Origin: Haloferax volcanii DS2
Lineage (GTDB): Archaea; Halobacteriota; Halobacteria; Halobacteriales; Haloferacaceae
Assembly: GCF_000025685.1 (NCBI RefSeq)
Contig: NC_013967.1
Coordinates: 1,680,001-1,712,000, forward strand
DNA length: 32,000 nt
Direction of reading: 5' to 3'
A model generated the notes under the pieces. It was not told the origin of the DNA, did no database searches, and saw only the letters and a program-made list of their open reading frames with translations. A program made the position numbers and the translations under genes. Positions 1-8,223 of the stretch are shown here, piece by piece; position 1 is the stretch's first letter, and each line of letters begins with the position of its first letter.

Positions 1-906
1 GACCGACCGCTTTTCGCCCTCGGCGAGGTGTTTCTGGCCGATTCGACCGGCGACATGGGCATCGAGGCCGACCTGTTTGCCGAGGCCGCGGAGCGCGCCG
101 GCGAGGCGGGCGTGCCCGTCACGGTCCACGCCGAGGACGCCGACCTGTTCGACGAATCGGCCATCGAGGGCGACCTCGGCGGGGTCGGCCGCGACGCCGA
201 CGCCGACGCGTGGAGCGCCTACCGCACCGCCGGGGCCGAGGCGGTCGCCGTCGAGCGCGCCGTCCGCGTCGGCGGCGAGACCGGCGCGCAGATTCACATC
301 GCCCACACGAGCACGCCGGAGGGCGTCGACGCCGCCCGCGACGGCGGCGCGACCTGCGAGGCGACGCCGCACCACCTGTTTCTGTCCCGCGACGACCTCG
401 ACGAGTTGGGCACCTACGGCCGGATGAACCCGCCGCTCCGCTCCGAGGCGCGCCGCGAGGCCATGTTCGAGCGCCTCGCCGACGGCCGCATCGACATGGT
501 CGCCACGGACCACGCGCCGCACACGCGCGAGGAGAAAGAACGGTCGCTCCTCGACGCCCCGAGCGGCGTCCCCGGCGTCGAGACGATGGTGCCCCTGCTT
601 CTCGGCGCGGTCGTCGCCGGCGACCTCACCGCCGAGCGCGTCCGCGACGTGGTCGCCGCGAACCCCGCCGACGTGTTCGACCTGCCGCGCAAGGGCCGCA
701 TCGAGGCGGGCGCGGACGCCGACCTCGCGCTGTACGACCTCGACGCCGCCCGCGAGATTCGCGGCGCGGACCTCCACTCGAACTGCGAGTGGACGCCGTT
801 CGAGGGCCACACCGGCGTCTTCCCCGAGTGGACGATGCTCCGCGGTGAGTTCGTCTGGGACGGCGACGAGTTCGGCGCGGTCGCCGGCGAGAACGTCCGC
901 GACTGA
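1..906 (+). CDS. pyrC: dihydroorotase, C-terminal part (5' end lies outside the window)
   Basis: Frame 1 is open from base 1; track ORF 28..906 is the in-window part. The translation carries dihydroorotase-like segments: HIAHTSTPEG, CEATPHHLFL, MNPPLR, VATDHAPHTREEK. Confidence 0.85.
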   Translation, partial: DRPLFALGEVFLADSTGDMGIEADLFAEAAERAGEAGVPVTVHAEDADLFDESAIEGDLGGVGRDADADAWSAYRTAGAEAVAVERAVRVGGETGAQIHIAHTSTPEGVDAARDGGATCEATPHHLFLSRDDLDELGTYGRMNPPLRSEARREAMFERLADGRIDMVATDHAPHTREEKERSLLDAPSGVPGVETMVPLLLGAVVAGDLTAERVRDVVAANPADVFDLPRKGRIEAGADADLALYDLDAAREIRGADLHSNCEWTPFEGHTGVFPEWTMLRGEFVWDGDEFGAVAGENVRD

Positions 907-925
907 GCGCAGTTGCGGCCCGAAT

Positions 926-1369
926 TCAGAACCGCGCGGCCGCGGCCTGCGCGCCCCTCCAGCCGACGCCGATGAGCACCGCGAGCGGCGCTGTCAGAGC
1001 GACCAGCGAGACGGCCGACACGGCGACCCCGCCGAGTGCAGACGATGCGACGACGGTCGCGAGAAAGCCGCCCACGGCGAGCGCCGGGGCGACCAGCGCG
1101 TACGCGAACAGCCAGCGCTGTCTGCGAGTGAACCGGACGCCGTATCCCGGTCCCGGCGGGATGAGCAGGCCACCAGCGAGGAGGACGAAGCCGGCGACCC
1201 CGAACACGAGGAGGAAAAAGCCCGCGAGCCCGTGGGCGAAACCGTCGCTTCCGGGCGGCGGCGGGGGCATCGTGACGGCGGTCCGCCAGACGAACGCGAG
1301 AAGCGCGACCCCGGCCCCGGCGACGGGGAGTTGGAGCGACCCGAGGACCGCGCGGAGTGACCATCGCAT
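926..1369 (-). CDS. small integral membrane protein, function unknown
   Basis: Internal ATG (cat at 1367-1369) of track ORF 926..1660. From MRWSLRAV onward the sequence is dominated by hydrophobic helices (LLAFVW, FFLLVFGVAGFVLLAGGLL, ALVAPALAVGGFLATVVA). The upstream part of the ORF is Arg-rich and unlikely to be coding. Confidence 0.6.
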   Translation of the reverse strand: MRWSLRAVLGSLQLPVAGAGVALLAFVWRTAVTMPPPPPGSDGFAHGLAGFFLLVFGVAGFVLLAGGLLIPPGPGYGVRFTRRQRWLFAYALVAPALAVGGFLATVVASSALGGVAVSAVSLVALTAPLAVLIGVGWRGAQAAAARF

Positions 1370-1495
1370 CGGGCCGACTGTCGGCGGGGAGACAGATAGC
1401 AGTTCCGCCGTCGGGTGTCGGGACCCCCGCCGGACCGGACGAACCCGACGCAAGCGAATCTTTTTCCCGTCCGACTCCCCGAGGGAGTGACACGC

Positions 1496-2023
1496 ATGAC
1501 CGACGAGCGGACGCCGCCGCGAGGCCGCGACCCGAACGCGGACGCCGACGAACCGCATGCACTCACGGGACTGCTGTCGTTCTGGGAGACGGTCGTGGAG
1601 GACGCCGAGGCGACCGCGGCCGAGTACGAAGACGAGGGTTGGGAGACGCTCGTGCTCCATCCCGGCGACGTGTCGGTGTTGCCGCCGGCGAACCTGCCGG
1701 AGGCGACGGAGCGCGTCGGCTTCGACGTGCTCGTCCCCGGAAGCGAGTTCGAGTCGCTGTCGTCGTGGGTCGAGTCGGCCGAGTTCGACCGTTACGACGT
1801 GTACCGCGCCCGCGAGGATGACACCGTGTTCGTCGTCTCGGTCGTGCAGGACGCCGCGGCGTCGAAGGCCGTCGTCGTCCCGCTGTACTACGAGCTGGGC
1901 GAGGTGGACGCGATGGCGACGAAGGCGCGAAAACAGGACGAACTCCGGCTCTACGTTCGGCCGGTCGAGGCGGACCGACGCGTCGAGTTAGTCCAGTCGG
2001 AACCGGACCCGCTTTTCCCCTGA
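1496..2023 (+). CDS. acidic cytoplasmic hypothetical protein
   Basis: ATG at 1496 inside track ORF 1415..2023. Composition is acidic, halophile-type (EDAEATAAEYEDEGWETLVLHPGD...). A T-rich TATA-like stretch (aatcttttt) lies about 30 bp upstream. No motif recognised. Confidence 0.65.
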   Translation: MTDERTPPRGRDPNADADEPHALTGLLSFWETVVEDAEATAAEYEDEGWETLVLHPGDVSVLPPANLPEATERVGFDVLVPGSEFESLSSWVESAEFDRYDVYRAREDDTVFVVSVVQDAAASKAVVVPLYYELGEVDAMATKARKQDELRLYVRPVEADRRVELVQSEPDPLFP

Positions 2024-2085
2024 CTGCGAGTCGGCGCGGCGTCGGTCCGGGGTCGAAGCCGTGGGGTCGCACGGACCGCGGGGCG

Positions 2086-2775
2086 TCACTCCTCGTCAGA
2101 CAGTTCCTCTTGCCGCAGTTCCGTGCTCGCCTCGCGGACCTCGCGCATGACGCTCGAAATGCGCTCTTCGGCTTCGAGTTCCTCTTCGACCGAGAGGTCG
2201 ACGCCCTCGACTTCGAGCAGGAACTTGGCGATTTCCGTCACCTCGTACATCATCTCGTCGAGTTCCTCGGCCGTGAAGAACCCCGACATCGCGCCGTAGA
2301 GGAACGTCGCGCCCGACTTCCGGACCTTGTCGCGGAACGCAGACCGGGCCTGATTGACCGCCTGCGGCGTGTAGGTATCGGTCATGAAGGGGACGAGTTC
2401 GGGGAGGTTGTTCCCGATTTTCGTCATCTCGACGCCCGTCTCGGTCCGGAAGTCGGCGCAGAGTCGCGCGATTGCCCACTCGCGGGCCGTCACGTAGGTC
2501 CGCTCGCGGAGGAAGTCGTTGACGCGGTCGTACTGCGCGCCGTCGACCTTCTTGAACCGGGCGTACTTCTGTACGTCCTCGGGAACCGCGTCGTCGGCGT
2601 CGGCTCCGGCGTCGTCTCTCGGTTCCGCGCCCGCAGTCTCCGAGTCGGTGGCCGGGTCTACTGGCTCCGTGTCTCCCGCCGCTTCGTCCGCCGCCGCTCG
2701 CGGGTCCGCGTCGGGGCGAGCCGTCTCCTCGGCGTCGCTCGCGCCCGTCTCGAACTCGTCGGACTCGTCTGTCAT
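2086..2775 (-). CDS. conserved haloarchaeal hypothetical protein with a very acidic N-terminal tail (possibly DUF5806-like; recalled from memory, unverified)
   Basis: ATG at 2775 (MTDESDEF) inside track ORF 2086..3240. The ordered C-terminal part reads YARFKKVDGAQYDRVNDFLRERTYVTAREWAIARLCADF...; the rest of the long ORF upstream is antisense to usp. Confidence 0.7.
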   Translation of the reverse strand: MTDESDEFETGASDAEETARPDADPRAAADEAAGDTEPVDPATDSETAGAEPRDDAGADADDAVPEDVQKYARFKKVDGAQYDRVNDFLRERTYVTAREWAIARLCADFRTETGVEMTKIGNNLPELVPFMTDTYTPQAVNQARSAFRDKVRKSGATFLYGAMSGFFTAEELDEMMYEVTEIAKFLLEVEGVDLSVEEELEAEERISSVMREVREASTELRQEELSDEE

Positions 2776-2895
2776 ACCGCGGGCTACCGCGGCACGGCCG
2801 AAAAGGGTTCCGCGACGCGCGGTCCCCCGCTGGCGGGGATGTCGCCCCCCGTTTCCGGGTAAGGGTTTTCTATCGCGCCCGCGAGATTGGGAATC

Positions 2896-3264
2896 ATGAA
2901 GGTACTGCTCGGAATCGGTGGCAGCGACGATTCCATGCGGGCGCTCGAAACGACGGTCGAACGGACGGCCGAGGTCGGCGACGACCTCACGGTCGCCATC
3001 GTCGACAACCCGTCCGGCGAGCGCTCGCGCGAGGAGATGGAAACGCGGGTGACGGAACTGCTCGACGAGCGCGGCGTCGACGCGACCGTCCGCGCGCTCG
3101 ACGGCGACCCGGGGAGCGCCCTCGTGGACCTCGCCGAGAACGAGGGGTTCGACCAACTGGTGCTCGGCGGCGGCGAGACGAGTCCGATGGGGAAGATACA
3201 GATCGGCAACATCGCGGAGTTCGTCCTGTTGAACTCCCACGTGACCGTCACCCTAGTACGATGA
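2896..3264 (+). CDS. universal stress protein (UspA family)
   Basis: MKVLLGIGGSDDSMRALETTV ... GFDQLVLGG...MGKIQIGNIAEFVLLNSHVTVTLV is a typical Usp fold signature. ATG at 2896; the track start 2887 is TTG. The stop overlaps the next gene (ATGA at 3261-3264). Confidence 0.8.
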   Translation: MKVLLGIGGSDDSMRALETTVERTAEVGDDLTVAIVDNPSGERSREEMETRVTELLDERGVDATVRALDGDPGSALVDLAENEGFDQLVLGGGETSPMGKIQIGNIAEFVLLNSHVTVTLVR

Positions 3265-3815
3265 GCGACCGAACGTTCTCCGACGCCGTCGCCGACCCGT
3301 ACGACGCGCCGCCGCTGTCGTTCACCGACGGGGAAGACCGCACCATCGAGGTGCGCGCGCACGACGGCTCCGACGAGGAGTTGGAGGCGCTCGTCGAGAT
3401 GTACGACGCGTTCGACCCCTCGGACCGCGCGCAGGGCATCCCGCCGGGCCGCGAGGACCGCATCCGCGACTGGCTGGAGAACATCCTCGACGAGGACTGC
3501 CTGAACGTCATCGCGTGGGACGGCGACGAGGTGGCCGGTCACGCGACGCTCGTCCCCGACGGCGACGCCTACGAACTCGCCATCTTCGTCCACCAGACGT
3601 ACCAGCGCGCCGGTATCGGCACGCGGCTCATCAAGGCGCTGCTCGGCTACGGCCGGGTGTCCGGCGTCGAGAAGGTGTGGCTCACGGTCGAGCGCTGGAA
3701 CCGCGCGGCGGTCGGCCTCTACCAGACCGTCGGCTTCGAGACGAGCGACGCCGAGAGCTTCGAGTTGGAGATGACCATCCGACTCGCCGAACCGCCGGAC
3801 GACGAGGGCGGCTGA
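3261..3815 (+). CDS. GNAT family N-acetyltransferase
   Basis: Acetyl-CoA binding motif Q/RxxGxG/A is present (HQTYQRAGIGTRLI), followed by WLTVERWNRAAVGLYQTVGFE. Translationally coupled to the upstream usp. Confidence 0.85.
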   Translation: MSDRTFSDAVADPYDAPPLSFTDGEDRTIEVRAHDGSDEELEALVEMYDAFDPSDRAQGIPPGREDRIRDWLENILDEDCLNVIAWDGDEVAGHATLVPDGDAYELAIFVHQTYQRAGIGTRLIKALLGYGRVSGVEKVWLTVERWNRAAVGLYQTVGFETSDAESFELEMTIRLAEPPDDEGG

Positions 3816-3866
3816 GGGCGGCGGCGAGCCGCGACAACGACCAACGATTCAGGATTCAGACAGGAT

Positions 3867-4322
3867 TCAGACCGAAAGCACGGGCTGGCTGGCGTACAGG
3901 AGGACGTACTCGGCGGCCTTGGCGAGCACCTCGCCGGGGTCGCCCGAGACGGGCTCTCGGGGCACGACGATGAAGTCCGCGTCGAGTTCTTCTGCGGTGT
4001 CGAGGACGACGCTGCCGGGGTGGCGGAGCTTGCTCGTCCGCGAGAAGCCGTAGGCGACCGACGTGGTGACGGGCACGTCGGCGGTCTCTGCGAGCGCCGA
4101 CACCGTGTCGGTGACGGCCTTGCTGTCCTCGGCGACGGCGTCCTCGTCGACGACGCCCTGCTCTATGGCGCGGACGACGTCCTCGCCGAGGACGTGGACG
4201 GCGTGGACCGCGGCGTCGTACTCGGCCGCGACGGCGGCGGCGTACTCCGCCGCGCGCGTCGCCTCCTCGCTTTGGTCGACCGGCACGAGAACGAGGTCGA
4301 TAGAGAGCGGGCGCGGTGACAT
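3867..4322 (-). CDS. universal stress protein (UspA family)
   Basis: ATG at 4322 (MSPRPLSIDLVLVPVDQSEEA...) inside track ORF 3867..4358. The C-terminal ...DFIVVPRE...GEVLAKAAEYVLLYASQPVLSV is Usp-like. Confidence 0.8.
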   Translation of the reverse strand: MSPRPLSIDLVLVPVDQSEEATRAAEYAAAVAAEYDAAVHAVHVLGEDVVRAIEQGVVDEDAVAEDSKAVTDTVSALAETADVPVTTSVAYGFSRTSKLRHPGSVVLDTAEELDADFIVVPREPVSGDPGEVLAKAAEYVLLYASQPVLSV

Positions 4323-4423
4323 GTCCCCACCTGCGTCGGGGGACGACAAAAAACTCACCCCACGGTCCCGCCGGCCGGCCGCCCCAGACTGGTTTTATGC
4401 CGCCGCGCCGTGAACCCGAAGCC

Positions 4424-4885
4424 ATGTTCGACACCATCGTCATCGCCACCGACGGCTCGGCGAGCGTCCGCCGGGCGGTCAGCGTCGCCGTCGACCTCGC
4501 AGAGCGGTTCGACGCGTCGGTCCACGCGCTGTACGTCGTCGACGCCGGCGACGTGGAGACCGCGCCGGACCGACTCCGCGACGAGATGCGCGACGCGCTC
4601 ACCGAACGCGGCGAGGAGGCGCTCGCCGAGGTCGAGGCCGCGACCGACCGCGAGGTGACCGTCGCGGTGCGAGAGGGCCGCCCCGCCGCCGAGATTTCGA
4701 ACTACGCCCGCGAGGTCGACGCCGACGCCGTCGCCATGGGAACCCGGGGCCGCCACGGCGAGAACCGCTTTCTCATCGGCAGCGTCGCCGAGCGCGTCGT
4801 GCGGACCTGTCCGGTGCCGGTGCTGACGGTCCGCCAGCTGGAGGAGGGGACGACGGACTCCCTGCTGAGCGACGAGGCGGCCTGA
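4424..4885 (+). CDS. universal stress protein (UspA family)
   Basis: ATG at 4424 (MFDTIVIATDGSASVRRAV...). The motif AVAMGTRGRHGENRFLIGSVAERVVRTCPVPVLTV is the classic Usp G-x2-G-x9-G-S ATP-binding region. Divergent from the usp at 3867..4322. Confidence 0.85.
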   Translation: MFDTIVIATDGSASVRRAVSVAVDLAERFDASVHALYVVDAGDVETAPDRLRDEMRDALTERGEEALAEVEAATDREVTVAVREGRPAAEISNYAREVDADAVAMGTRGRHGENRFLIGSVAERVVRTCPVPVLTVRQLEEGTTDSLLSDEAA

Positions 4886-4988
4886 GCGGGCCGCGTGGCT
4901 CGGTTCGGTCACGGCCCGCGGGACGTTCGGCGCGGTCTCCGCCGACGGAATCGGGAGGAGTTTTCCCCGTCGCGCCCGAGTTCGGCGT

Positions 4989-6278
4989 ATGGAAGACGAG
5001 CTCATCGACAGTTCTCAGCTCTCGCTCCCCCGCAAGTCCGTGCTCCCCGGAGCCGGCTTCTTCTACCCCGAGTCGTTCGACGAGGAACGCGCCGAAGAGC
5101 GCGCCAAGGCGAAACTCGAAGACGCGTCGGTCGCGGTCGTCACCGACACCGACGCCGACGGCCTCGGCTGCGTCGCCCTCCTCCGGGAGGCGTACGACGC
5201 CGCCCTCGACGTGGCCGACTTCGAGGAACGCATCGAGGAGAAACTCGCAGACGACGAAGGCGACGAGGACGAGGACGAGGACGACGAGGACGAATCGCCC
5301 CTCAACGAGGAAGCGGAAGAAGAGCGACCGAAATCGCCGGTCGCGCTGATGGGGTCGAGCCCGTACTCGCTCGAAGACGACCTCCAGCGCGTCGCCGACT
5401 ACGCCCCCGAGGGCGTCGAGGTGTACGTCTGCGACCTCTGTCCGGACAAGTTCGAGTACGTCGAGGAGGAACTGGCCGCGCTCGTCGAGACCGCCGGCGA
5501 GATTCACTGGTACGACCACCACCAGTGGAAGCCCGAGGTGGCCGAGGCGGTCCGCGATGCCGGCGTCGACCTCGTCGTCGGTGAGTCCGACGAGGAGTGT
5601 TCGACCGACGTGACGCTCCGCGAACTCGACTACGAGTTCGACGAGCGCTTTTCGGAACTCGCGGCCGTCACCCGCGACCACGACCTCTGGCTGAACGAAG
5701 ACGAGCGGAGTCAGGACCTCGCGGACTACGCCTACTGGACCTCGAAAGAGGAGTACGTCGCCGTCGTCGGCGCGTACGGCGCGGACCTCCCGCCGGTCGT
5801 CGAGGAGTACATCGCCCACCGCCGCGTCGAAAAGGAGAACCTTATTCAGGCCGCCGTCGACCGCGCCGAACTGAAGACCGTCGGCGACTGGACGGTCGGC
5901 GTTACCTACGGACGATGCTCGCAGAACGAGGTCGCCGACGCCCTCCGCGAGGCGGGCGCGGACGCGGCGGTCGTCGTCAAGCCCGCCGGAAGCGCCTCCA
6001 TTCGCGGCTCCGACGACTTCGAGCGCTGTCACGAGGTCGCGGACCTCGTCAACGGCGGCGGCCACCCGAAGGCCGCCGGCTGTAAGCCCGACATCTACGA
6101 CGACATGCTCGACTACGCTCACCACTGGACGACGCAGGGCGCGACGACGAAGCGCGTCATCCTCCGGGCGTTCGAGCAGGTCGCAGACGCGGTCGCGGAG
6201 GCGGAAGCGGAAGCCGCGGCCGACGCGGAAGCCGACGATGACGCCGAAGACGACGAAGGCGTCGAAACCGAGCGCTAA
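4989..6278 (+). CDS. DHH/DHHA1 family phosphoesterase (archaeal RecJ-like)
   Basis: DHH-type motifs VVTDTDADGLGC and DHHQW are present, with the DHHA1 motif GGGHPKAAG near the C-terminus. It also has an acidic low-complexity insert and an acidic tail. Confidence 0.8.
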   Translation: MEDELIDSSQLSLPRKSVLPGAGFFYPESFDEERAEERAKAKLEDASVAVVTDTDADGLGCVALLREAYDAALDVADFEERIEEKLADDEGDEDEDEDDEDESPLNEEAEEERPKSPVALMGSSPYSLEDDLQRVADYAPEGVEVYVCDLCPDKFEYVEEELAALVETAGEIHWYDHHQWKPEVAEAVRDAGVDLVVGESDEECSTDVTLRELDYEFDERFSELAAVTRDHDLWLNEDERSQDLADYAYWTSKEEYVAVVGAYGADLPPVVEEYIAHRRVEKENLIQAAVDRAELKTVGDWTVGVTYGRCSQNEVADALREAGADAAVVVKPAGSASIRGSDDFERCHEVADLVNGGGHPKAAGCKPDIYDDMLDYAHHWTTQGATTKRVILRAFEQVADAVAEAEAEAAADAEADDDAEDDEGVETER

Positions 6279-6323
6279 CGGCGAAACTAAACTCGAGACG
6301 CGGCGTCGAAAAACGGGGGTCGG

Positions 6324-6752
6324 TTACGCGTCGTCGACGACCCAGCGGTCGGAGTACGTCGTGCCGCAGGTACACTTGGCGTAGGCGTGGACCACGTCGC
6401 CCTCCTCGTAGATGCCGCCGACCTCCTCGTTTTGCGCCTCGGCGAACGAGAAGATGAACTTCACCTCGTGGTTCTCCTCGGCGGCCGCCTCGGGGCAGGT
6501 GCCGCCGCTCAGGTCGTCGTCGATGTCGCCGTCGTTGCCCATGGCGGTCTGGGCGAACTCCATGGCGTCCATGCCCGTGCCGGCCGCGAAGGCGCGGCGG
6601 CCGTCGTCACCGGGGACGACGAGGACGTAGCCGTTGTCAACTTCGACGCCCATGTTCGGGAGTTTGCCCTGACTGTCGAGGTACTCGTGGGTGAGATAGA
6701 GCGCCACGTCGTCGAGGCGCTCGCCTGCGAGATACTCCGTTACCTTGCTCAT
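6324..6752 (-). CDS. conserved acidic hypothetical protein
   Basis: Clean ATG start at 6752, halophile composition, 142 aa, C-terminal CxC (AKCTCGTTY). No motif I can name. Confidence 0.6.
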   Translation of the reverse strand: MSKVTEYLAGERLDDVALYLTHEYLDSQGKLPNMGVEVDNGYVLVVPGDDGRRAFAAGTGMDAMEFAQTAMGNDGDIDDDLSGGTCPEAAAEENHEVKFIFSFAEAQNEEVGGIYEEGDVVHAYAKCTCGTTYSDRWVVDDA

Positions 6753-6806
6753 ACCCCGCCTAGGGCGGTCGGCGCGTAAAAGCGGCGTGTCTCGGAGTCC
6801 GACCGG

Positions 6807-7244
6807 TCACTCGTCGGACGGGCCGAACTGCTCCGCGATGCTCGAAAGCGAGTCGTTCGGCCGTTCGGTGATGCGGTACACCTGCCGGACACCCGGAACC
6901 CGGAGGCCGTACTGGTAGCCGTCGTCCAGTTCGTCGAGTTCGACGGCGTCGCCGTCGGCCCGGTCGTGTTCGCGGCACCACTCGACGAGTCGATTCTCGC
7001 CGTCGTTCGGGGTGCGCGCGAGGCGCTTGTTGTCGTACGCGCCGCGAATCACGAGTCCCGAGGCGTCGGCCGAGAGACGGGCGTGGTAGGCGGTGCCGCC
7101 GAGGTGGAGGCGGACGAAATCGCCGTCGGCGGCGGTCACGTCGTCGGGGACGCGCAGGCAGGGGCGACGGGTGCCGCCGCTTCGGGCGATGTTCGCGCGG
7201 AACGTCTGGACCGACGGATGGTCGGAGGGCAGTTGCTCTGGCAC
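6807..7244 (-). CDS. hypothetical protein
   Basis: 145-aa ORF with a GTG start (cac at 7242-7244) and no in-frame ATG nearby. The composition is plausible and it fills a gap between flanking genes. No motif recognised. Confidence 0.55.
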   Translation of the reverse strand: MPEQLPSDHPSVQTFRANIARSGGTRRPCLRVPDDVTAADGDFVRLHLGGTAYHARLSADASGLVIRGAYDNKRLARTPNDGENRLVEWCREHDRADGDAVELDELDDGYQYGLRVPGVRQVYRITERPNDSLSSIAEQFGPSDE

Positions 7245-7268
7245 GGGGAAGAGAGGAGCGAGACGGCG

Positions 7269-7670
7269 TTATTCGTCGGCTTCTTCGTCGTCGCCCTCAC
7301 CGAAGGCGGCGGCGACGTCGCCCTCGCCGGCGACGACCTTCGCGTTGATCTGGACGGTCTCGTCGGAGACCTCGCGGCCGCGGACGGTGACGCGCTTGCG
7401 CTCGCCGTCGCGGGACGGCTTGTAGCCGATGCCGTCTTCGGCGAGGATTTCCTTGAGCGCGCCGCCGGGTACGTCGGGGTGCATCGGTCGGCCGGCCTTG
7501 TCCGAACCGCCCGTCAGTTCGAGCGTGAAGCCGTCGAGACCGACGGCCGCGCCGTCGACCTCGTCACCGAGGTCGCGGCCGAGGAATCGGTTTGCGTCCT
7601 GTCCTTCGACGTCGACTTGGTAGGTCGCACCGGAGTCGGGGTCGGCGACGACGACCATGAATTCTGCCAT
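7269..7670 (-). CDS. rps6e: 30S ribosomal protein S6e
   Basis: [40 protein letters not shown]...[14 protein letters not shown]...RKRVTVRG matches the archaeal S6e pattern. ATG at 7670 inside track ORF 7269..7733. Confidence 0.9.
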   Translation of the reverse strand: MAEFMVVVADPDSGATYQVDVEGQDANRFLGRDLGDEVDGAAVGLDGFTLELTGGSDKAGRPMHPDVPGGALKEILAEDGIGYKPSRDGERKRVTVRGREVSDETVQINAKVVAGEGDVAAAFGEGDDEEADE

Positions 7671-7690
7671 GCGCGGATGAAAACGGTCGC

Positions 7691-7700
7691 GGATAAAAAG
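7691..7700 (-). promoter_or_regulatory. TATA-box-like element for rps6e (leaderless-type spacing)
   Basis: The minus strand reads ctttttatcc, centred about 26 bp upstream of the rps6e ATG (7670). Confidence 0.35.
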
Positions 7701-7824
7701 TACGTCGAAAGCGCGTCTCGGGACCGCACCCACCGAATCGGGGTGAAACGGCCGAATTCGGCGTCCTCAGGGAGAACGGAGAATTTAGATAAGAGTTAAC
7801 ATTCAACATGTCGTACACCGTAAC

Positions 7825-8127
7825 ATGAGCAAGGATATCGACACGCGTGGGGTCGTGGCCCTCGTCAAAGCCAAATCGAGGGCGCTGGTCGGCCCCGAGC
7901 CGACGGACCTCGTCGAACGACGCCCGGCGGAGTTGGTCGAGCGCCGGACAGAGGCGTTGGTCGAGGCGGAGCCGACGACGCTCGTCGAACCCCGGCCGAC
8001 AACGCTCGTAAAACAGCGACGCCACGAATGTCCCACCTGCGGCTACAAGTCCGAAGAGGCCGTTCACGAACGAGTCTGCCCGGAGTGCGGCGGGACGCTT
8101 CGCAACGCCGGCACGGGTCGGGACTGA
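7825..8127 (+). CDS. small zinc-ribbon protein with an N-terminal array of octapeptide (xxxxLVxx) repeats
   Basis: ATG at 7825. The C-terminus has CPTCG-x13-CPECG (a four-Cys ribbon). The N-terminal two-thirds is built from in-frame 24-nt repeats. Confidence 0.6.
   Translation: MSKDIDTRGVVALVKAKSRALVGPEPTDLVERRPAELVERRTEALVEAEPTTLVEPRPTTLVKQRRHECPTCGYKSEEAVHERVCPECGGTLRNAGTGRD
7849..8016 (+). repeat. seven tandem 24-nt units inside the CDS, encoding GVVALVKA/KSRALVGP/EPTDLVER/RPAELVER/RTEALVEA/EPTTLVEP/RPTTLVKQ
   Basis: Units read directly at 7849, 7873, 7897, 7921, 7945, 7969 and 7993. The invariant core is (c/t)t(c/g)gt(c/a), encoding L-V at positions 5-6 of each unit. Confidence 0.7.
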
Positions 8128-8223
8128 GTCGCAAGCGGCGGAGTCCACGAGGAGGCACAGACACGACGTTCGCGGTGGTTCGTGCTCGCCGCACCGAGAA
8201 GACAGAGACGGCGCTGCGGCGGG

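Noticed and set aside
3846-3871. GATTCAG repeated three times (including an 11-bp tandem caggattcaga x2) between convergent genes
   Set aside because: It is very short and overlaps the 3' end of usp. It is probably slippage or a terminator-region feature with no further support.
4773-6125. A 450-aa minus-strand ORF opposite the RecJ-like gene. Similar long antisense or alternate-frame ORFs occur at 11335..12771 (-), 10968..12866 (+), 26843..28414 (+), 28514..29485 (-), 414..1562 (-) and 9493..10362 (-)
   Set aside because: High G+C suppresses stop codons in all frames. These translations are Arg/Gly/Val/Asp-rich with no motifs, and each overlaps a gene with clear family signatures on the other strand or frame.
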